Shown here in pieces: positions 38,101 through 45,189 of a stretch of DNA of 45,189 bases. The notes under the pieces are model-generated. The model had not been told where the DNA came from, did not search any database, and saw only the letters and a program-made list of their open reading frames with translations. Where the stretch lies: assembly GCA_001275005.1 (NCBI GenBank), contig JWZX01002732.1:1-45189 (forward strand). The letters are read 5' to 3'. Numbering within the stretch: the first letter of the stretch is position 1; the number at the start of each line of letters is the position of its first letter. Made by a program: the position numbers and the translations under genes. The DNA is from Chrysochromulina tobinii (lineage: Eukaryota).

Positions 38101-41100
38101 CGCCTCACCTGGAGCGGCCAAGATGGTCTCTTCAGACGTCGAGGGCAGCACGCCTGGCGCGGTGGAGGGCCGCATGTAGCCGCTGAGGGAGAGAGCGCCT
38201 ATCGTGTTCGCAATGCCTGAGGCGAGCAGCTGCGACAGCGGCGTGCGCGAGGAGAGCCGCTCACTGTTACGCTCACCGCCGCCCACCCAGCGGACTCTCT
38301 CCTGGGGGATCTGCGACTGCCCGAGCACGTTTCCTTGGCTTAGAGGGCGCTCCGCAGCACGGCGAACGTCACCCGTGGCGCGGTTGATGTCCCCCGTGAG
38401 AGCGCGCACAGGACGCAGCGCCGAGGCTGTGGGGCGCGTCGAGCCGGGCCGTCGGCGCAAGCGCTCCTCGGCCACCATCCCGGCCGCCAGCTCACCCTTT
38501 GAGTCCGCCGTGCCCGGCCGTGCGCCACCCATCTCGTTGGCTTCGGGGGCCAGTCCACGGCCGCGCGCCGGCAGCCGACTCGCAATCTCCGGCGAGCTCT
38601 CGAAAGAGAAGGCGGCGCGTACTCCGGAGGAGATGTCAAAGCGGCGAGGCCGGCGGATACGCGCCTCAGCAACCATGCCCGATACAGCGCCAATGCTTGC
38701 CAGCGCTGTGGTCGTCGGCAGGCTGTCGCCGATCTCCGAGACCATCCCGAGGCTGCCTGAGGTTGTCGGGCGCGAGGGGAACTGCCCAGCCGTCGTGAAC
38801 GTATCATACATCTGCGGGAGGTCATCTTGTGACGCCCGTCTGCTGCTTTGCTCGGGGAATCCGCTCACATCCGTCGCCGTGTAGTCCATCTGTCCATTGG
38901 AGCCCACCGAGGCAGCGCAGGATGCAAACGAGTCGGCCGATTTCCGCCGCCCGCTGCTGTTACACACGGCCGGTGCGGGCGCCACGAGCGCCTCGAGCGA
39001 TGGGTCGTTGACGGCGGCGTGAGAGCGCTGCCGCAACTCTGCACGGCGCAGCGCGGCGGCGGCATTCCTTGCGGCGTGTGGCGTCTCTTCCACAGCGGTG
39101 CTCGGACGAGAGGCGCCGAGGGTGAATGAGATGCCCGTAGCGGTGAGGGCCGTCTGCGGGCGCGTGCTGCCGCCGTCTGGCTCTGCGGCTAAATCAGACA
39201 GTGTCACCACGCCCCGAGATACCGACGATCCCCATCCCAACTGTCCAGGGCTTTCCCCGACGGACGACGTGCCGAGCGCGTTCAAGGTGCGAAGCCGCAC
39301 AGCCGCCATCTGCGCGATACGCGGCTCAGGCGGACCCACGCGCAGGCGGAGGGGTTGGCCGTTGGCCGATGCAAATGTGAAGCCCCCGCTGGGCCCGGCA
39401 CGCATGATGACCATGAACTCGGCTAAAGTGACCTTGCCGTCCTTGTCAATGTCTGCCGCCGTCATCATTTCGTCGATGGTCTTGTCGTCGAGGCCATTCT
39501 CGTACGTGCTCAGGATGTACCCCTTCATCTCGTCGGCGTCGATTTTGCCGCTCTTGTCTATGTCGATCTTGGCAAAGGCCGCCTCCAGCCCCGCATCCGA
39601 CTTGTCGATGCCTTCGCCGAAGTGGACGGACGTCTTGTGCTTGGCGGACACTGGCCGGCCAGACAGCCGCTCCTGAGCAAGGAAGACGCGCGGATTCGCT
39701 GGGCTTCCGGGGGACGTGAGCGGCGGCTTCGGGCTCGTCGGACTGCTCGGCAGCGTTTTCTTGGCAGCGGCCTGCTCCTCCTCCTTTGCCTTCTCGACCG
39801 CTGCCTTCTCAGCTGCCGCCTTCTCAGCCACTGCTTCCTGTTCTGCTGCCTTGTCTGTGGATCTGGCGTGGGCGCCCGCCTGACTCGCCCACAGCTGACC
39901 GCCTTGCTTCGCAGCGACGATCGCGCGGATCCGTCGTGCTTCCTCAGCCTTCGCCTCCGCTTGCGCCGCTGCCTTGGCTGCACGCCGCTCTGCCGCCGCG
40001 GCCAATGCCGCCTGGACCGCCTCGTTCTCGGCCGCCTTGGCCTCAGCCCGACGAGCGATGCGCTGCTCGTCGCGCTCTCGCATCTCTTCAAGCACCGCCT
40101 TCTCATCCTTCTCCTTCCAATTAACCTTCTCCGCAGCCGCCTTCTCGGCCGCTGCCTTCTCAGCCGCCGCCGCTGCTGCCGCCTCCGCTGCTGCCGCCTC
40201 CACGGCCGCTGCCTCCTCGGCCACTGCCGCTGCTGCCTCAAGATCGTCAGCTGTGTCGCCCCTTACAGCCACCTCGATCTCGATGGCCTTCTCGGCCGCC
40301 TCGACCAGCGCCTTCTCCTCGTTGGCCGCCGCAACTGCCGCCGCCTTCTCGGCCACCTCGGCCGCGAGCGCCTGATGCCGCTGCGCTGCCACGGCAGCCG
40401 CACGTGCTGCCTCGAATGAGGCAGCCTCGGCGGCCTCGGCGGCCTCGGTCGCCACCTTGGCTGCTTGCTCCTCCTCGGCAGCGGCACGCGCATCTGCAAC
40501 CCGTCGCCCACCGGCCTTCATCATATTGGAGATGGACATCGTCTTCGCCGAGGCGGCGAATCGAAGTCGTGCGGCGGCGGACGCTTTTTCCCGCACGGCG
40601 GCGGCGGCCAAGACCGCCTCAGCGGCCGCCGCTGCCGCCGCTGCCGCCCCTGCGGCCATCGCCTCGGCCTCGGCTGCGGCTGCTTCTTCGGCTGCTTTCG
40701 CCATCTCGGCCGCCTCGCGCGCATCGGCCGCGGCCTGGCCCTTCTTCTTTAGCATGTTGCCGATCATCCCCGCCCGGCTGACCAGACTGACCTTGGCACG
40801 TCCGGCCGCCGCCATCTTGCGCCGCGCCGCCTCCGCCGCGGCTGCCTGCTGCACAGCACTGTGCTCGGCGGCAGCGGCCGCCTCGGCGGCCTGCCGAGCT
40901 TCCCGCGCCGCATCCGCCTTGGACTGCAGCAGCTTCATCACCGACACTGAATTGGTAGCCGTTCCAAACCTGCGAATGGCCACCTCAGCCGCCTCCTCCG
41001 CGGCCACCGCGACCTCAAGCAACGCCCGAGCCTCGGCAGCCGCGGCATCAACCGCAGCCGCAGCCTCGGTTGCCTGAGCCTCCGCGGACGCCTCTGCCTC

Positions 41101-44100
41101 TGACTTCAGGAGCCTCGCCACCGAGCTGGCGCGCATCGTGGACGAGAGCTTTGCCTTGGCAGACTTGGCCGCCTCCACTCGGCGCGCCGTCTCTGCTTCG
41201 GCCGCCTCGGCCGCCGCGATCGTCTCAGCCTCGCTGGCCGCCTCTGCTACCGCACGTAGCTCAGCGGCAGTGTCGGCCTTGGTCTGCAAGAACTTCATCA
41301 CGGTCACCGACTGGACGCCAGCGCCGAGCTTCGATTTCGCTGAGGCGAGCGCCGCCTCCGCCGCCGCGGCAGCCTCTGCGGCGGTGCGGGCCTCCTCTGC
41401 TGCCGCCTCAGCTGCAGCAAGGGCCGCCTCCGCGCGCCGCTCGATGGCATCATCCGCATTCTCCTCGAACATGTTGGCGATGGAAGCCGACCTGCCAACT
41501 GCCTTGATCGATGAGCCGAGCTTGGCGCGTGCTAAGGCGCGTGCCGCCTCTTGGCGACGGACCCTCTCGGTTTCCGCCGCCTCCTCTGCAGCCGCGGCTT
41601 CAGCCTCCGCCTCCGCCTCCGCGGCCTCCCGAGACGCCGCCTCCGCGGCTACGCGCGCTGCCGCCGCGGCGTCGGCCTTCTCTTGCAACATTTTCATCAC
41701 CGAGACGCTTTGACCGACAGCACCCACCTTGAGCTTCGCTGATGCCAAAGCTTGCTCCGCCTGCTCGGCCGCGGCCACTGCCTCTGCCGCCTCAGCTGCC
41801 GCTGCCTGTGCAGCAAACAGCGCGGCCTCGGCGCGTAGCTCGACGGCCTCATCTACATTCTCCTCGAGTATACTGGCGATCCAGTTCGACCTGCCAACTG
41901 TCTTGATCGAGGAGCCGAGCTTGGTGCGTGCCGCTTCTTGGCGACGGACCTTCTCGGCTTCCGCCGCCTCCTCTGCAGCCGCGGCGCGAGCGGCAGCTGC
42001 AGCTTCCTCCTTTCGCTTCGCCTCGGCTTCCCTCTCCGCCTGCTCAGCCCGCGCAACCGCCGCGGCATCCGACTTGACTTTGACCATCCGTAGGAGAGAG
42101 ATGGAGCTGGTCGCTGCGCCAATCTTGGACTTTGCAGAGGCGAGGGCCGCTTCGGCCGCGGCGGCCACCTCTGCGGCGATCCGTGCCGCCTCGGCAGCAG
42201 CCGCCGCCTCGGCCTCGCGTACGCTCAAAGTCTCCTCAGCGTTGGCCTTGAGCTTTGCGCCAAAGGCCTTGACCTTGGTGGCCACCCCGAGCTGCAGCAC
42301 GCCGGCTGCAGCCGACGCAGCCCGACGTTCCTCCGCCGCCGCGGCCGCTGCAGCGGCCGCCTCAGAGGCTGCGAGCTCTTCGGCGACACGTCGCGCCTGA
42401 GCTTCGGCCGCCTCCTCGGCCTTGGACTTGAGCTGGCTACCAAAGGACTTGAGCTGGGTGAAGGCCCCGAGCTGCCGCCGCCCGGCAGCGGCCGACTCAG
42501 CGATCCGCGCCGCCTCCTCAGCAGCGGCCTTCTCCTCAAGCGCAGCGATCGCCTCGGCAACGGCCCTTGCCTCGGCCGCAGCCTGGCCCTTGATCTGGAG
42601 AGCGTACGCAAACGTTCCGACCTTGACACCTACGCCGAGCTTAGCGCGCCCGGCCGAAGCCGCGGCCGCCCGTTTCCGTGCGAGCTCCGCTTGCGCCGTT
42701 GCCAAGGCCAAGGCCGCCGCCTCCGCTACAGCGCGGGCCTCGGCGGCCTCGAGGGCTTTCGACTGGAGATGAGTCGAGATGGCTGCTGTCTTGGTACGAG
42801 CCTTGAGCTTGGCGCGGGCCGCCGCGCCAGCTGCCTCCCTGTGGCGCTCAAGCGCTGCCTCAGCGACGGCCGCTTTCTTGTCTGCCTCCTGCCTTGCTCG
42901 CTCCACGGCCAGCCGCTTCTCTGTCGCGACGCTCGCCTGCGCCTGTAGCAGATTCGCAATTGCTGCCGACTGCATGACCGCACCGAAGCGCCTGCGTGCG
43001 GCCGACGCGGCCTCATTCGCCGCGGCTTCGGCTGTGTCGGCTTCTTGCGCGGCCGCCTCCTGGGCCACCTCCGCCTCCAAGGCGGCTTCGGTCGCCGCGT
43101 TCGCCTCGGCTTCAGACGCCACGGCCGCCGCCTCGGCAGCCGCGAGCTCCTCGGCAGCCTTGCGCTCATTCTCGGCCTGCTCGTTCGCGGCCGCCCTCTC
43201 TAGTGCGAGAGCCGCCGCCTCAGCCGCCGCCGCCGCAGCAGCTGCCGTAGCGAGCGCAGCCTCCGCAGCCAACAGATCGGCATCGGGCTCGGGCTTCGGC
43301 TCAGGCTCTGGCCGTGACGCGTGCTGCGTCGCCAGAGCCGTCGTTCGGGCTGTCGCCGTCGTCGTTTGGGACGGCACCGCCGACTTAAGAGTCTTCTTTG
43401 AGGGGAAGCGAAGGCGCTCTTGGATTCCCCCAGGGGGCGGGGGAGCCGCCTCAGCGGATGGGACGGGCGTCGGTTGCACTCGGTTGCGCAGCGCGAGGAC
43501 CGTCCCCAATTTGGCAATCGGCCCACGCGGCCGCAGTCGCTCCTGAATGCCCTCAAGCGGTGGCAGTGGTGGGGCTGATGGCGGCTTGGGCAGAGGCGCT
43601 CCGAAACGGCCGCCATCGGCAAAGATGGGCCACCAGCCGATGATGCCCTTGGCTGGGTGGCGTGTGACGGCGGCGAGCTTCCAGGCGAGCAGGAGCGTGA
43701 GGATGTCGAGCAGCAGGATCCACACGACGCTCTCGAACACCGGGTTCGAGTCCATGCCGAGCACGGTGAGTGCAAAGGAGGAGGCGACAAAGGGTGGCGC
43801 GCTCGGCGGGGCAGCCGGAATGGCCGCGCTCGACCAGATGGCCGCGTACTCCGTGGGCGCCGTCGGGAAACGGTCGACAGCGCAGCGTACGACAGCCGAG
43901 GGGCCATTCTCCGAGCTGGCCGCGTGGAGGGTGTGTATTCCATGGTCGCTCCATCGAACGAGACTCGCATCCCAGAAATGACAGCGCGCCTCAAGCTCGC
44001 ACCCATGGCCACCAAAGCCGGCGGAGCAGATGCAACGGCCATTCCGGCAGACGCCGCGCCCGTCGGCGCGGGCGCAAAAGTTGTTCTCGGAGCAGTCGCC

Positions 44101-45189
44101 ATGGCCGTAGATAGGATGGCAGAAGAGCGGCGGGAGCGAAGGTGGGTTCGGACGGTTTGGCGGCGGCGGCGACCTCGGGGGCGGTGGGCTCAAGGGAGGC
44201 GGCCGCTTTGGCGAGGGCGACATGGGGGGCGGCACCATTGGAGGCGGTGGCGGGTGCGTAGGTCCAGCTGGCGGTAGGCTTGGTGGATGCATGGGCAGCG
44301 GCGGAGGGCTCGGGCGGCGGCGGATCGTAGCCGCCAGCGGGCGCGGGCGGCAGCGGCGGCGGCCTTCTCGGTGGTGATCTCGGCAGAGGCGGCGGCCGCT
44401 TTGGATAGGGAGGTGAAGTGGGCGGAGCCCTGAGCGGCGGCGGCATAGGCGGCATCGGCGGCGGGGGCGGGGGTGGTAGCGGCGGCGTGATCACCAGTGG
44501 AGGGTCGACTGTAATCTGACTGCTCGAGAGGCCAAGCGCCGCCCCGGCGCGGGCAGCAATCGAATCCTGTGCCATGCTACCATCGAGCAGGGGAGAGGAC
44601 GCGGAGACGTGTCCAAGCACCGTTGCCTCCACCCTGGCCGCAGTCGCCTCGACCGTCCGGATGGACTGCATATCGTACGAATTCTGCCCGACAGCCACCG
44701 CCAGGGCGCCCAAGTCGAGAGGGATGCCGCCGAGCGAATCCGCCGCCTGCAGGTCCGTGGTCACTCGAAAGCTGGCGGCGCCCCACTGCAGCTGGCGGCG
44801 CCCGAATTCGCCTGGCATTGCTGGTGGCGAGGGGTTGGTGAACGGAGCCACGCTGCACGTGCTACGTCCGGCATTGATGCACACTTGGTTGTTGAGAGCC
44901 ACCACCATCTGCGCCGTTGACACGGAGACGCCGGACAGGTCATAGCGAGTGGTGAGTGCGATCGACACAGAGTTGTCCTGGCTGGCGCCGGAGGCTGCGG
45001 CGATGGCGTTTGCGAGTGTTGACGAGACTTGATTCGCAGTCCGAGACTGCATTGCGTTGGGATCAAAGTTGACGACGTACGTGAGGATGAAGGTCTCTGG
45101 CGGATATGGTGGCGGTGGGCTGGGAGGAGGTGGCGACGGAGGAGGTGGCGATGGTGGGGGAGGAGATGGAGGCGGGGAGGGTGGTGGAG
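35200..45189 (-). CDS. Giant polycystin-1 (PKD1/REJ)-like membrane protein, 5'-truncated by window; 1-nt frameshift near 44313
   Basis: Pro-rich extracellular region; EGF (CRNGRCICSAGFGGHGC); GPS-like CHFWD....WSDHG...C; TM1 (VVWILLLDILTLLLAW); very long Ala/Glu helical region; EF-hand pair (DIDKSGKIDADE, DIDKDGKVTLAE); ARM-like repeats; IQ (VQACYRGHLARR); PDZ (GERLGW...LLSINGQNV); further TMs after WLREHTLY; three D(L/T)DGDGKV EF-hands. Confidence 0.75.
35575..35880 (-). repeat. Three coding repeats of SLD(L/T)DGDGKV EF-hand units
   Basis: CACCTTGCCGTCGCCGTC recurs at about 35578, 35728 and 35845. Confidence 0.85.
41300..42140 (-). repeat. Internal duplication of about 135-140 aa units in the Ala/Glu-rich region of the giant protein
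   Basis: Near-identical DNA blocks CGACCTGCCAACTG..TTGATCGA.GAGCCGAGCTTGG at about 41488 and 41888, encoding VRRQEAAR...KLGSSIKxVGRS. ALASAKxKxGA recurs at similar spacing. Confidence 0.75.

Noticed and set aside
35315..44277. Many plus-strand ORFs of 100-390 aa (Ala/Ser-rich)
   Set aside because: Antisense shadows of the giant minus-strand gene in stop-poor GC-rich DNA.

Overview
A GC-rich, gene-dense eukaryotic nuclear segment with short spliceosomal introns. It probably comes from a flagellated alga, most likely a haptophyte of the Chrysochromulina type. That assignment is an inference from the VNGALT-type LRRs, the (AGTCA)n microsatellite, a probable GC-AG intron, two ciliary genes and a probably plastid-targeted RSH. 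About 18 protein-coding loci are present, many in head-to-head pairs. In order they are: a degenerate HAD phosphatase, a Trf4/TENT4-type poly(A) polymerase, a Wss1/WLM protease, a class I HDAC (HDAC3-like), an ERF4/golgin-A7-like gene split by a frameshift, a PPR protein, CFAP161, carnosine N-methyltransferase, a RecQ helicase, a RelA/SpoT homologue, an NTase-LRR protein, virilizer (VIRMA), CFAP99, a proline-rich membrane protein, a GT4 glycosyltransferase and a >3,300-aa polycystin-1-like protein running off the window end. Two further hypothetical ORFs are weak calls. The most striking locus is 18.0-22.3 kb. There a RelA/SpoT homologue with a degenerate hydrolase motif sits head-to-head with a protein that fuses a second, divergent RelA/SpoT-type nucleotidyltransferase domain to an N-terminal docking helix pair and C-terminal NLR-like LRRs, making it a candidate eukaryotic alarmone-producing sensor. 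No rRNA, tRNA, CRISPR array or autonomous mobile element was recognised. All domain calls are by eye from motifs; no database searches were run.
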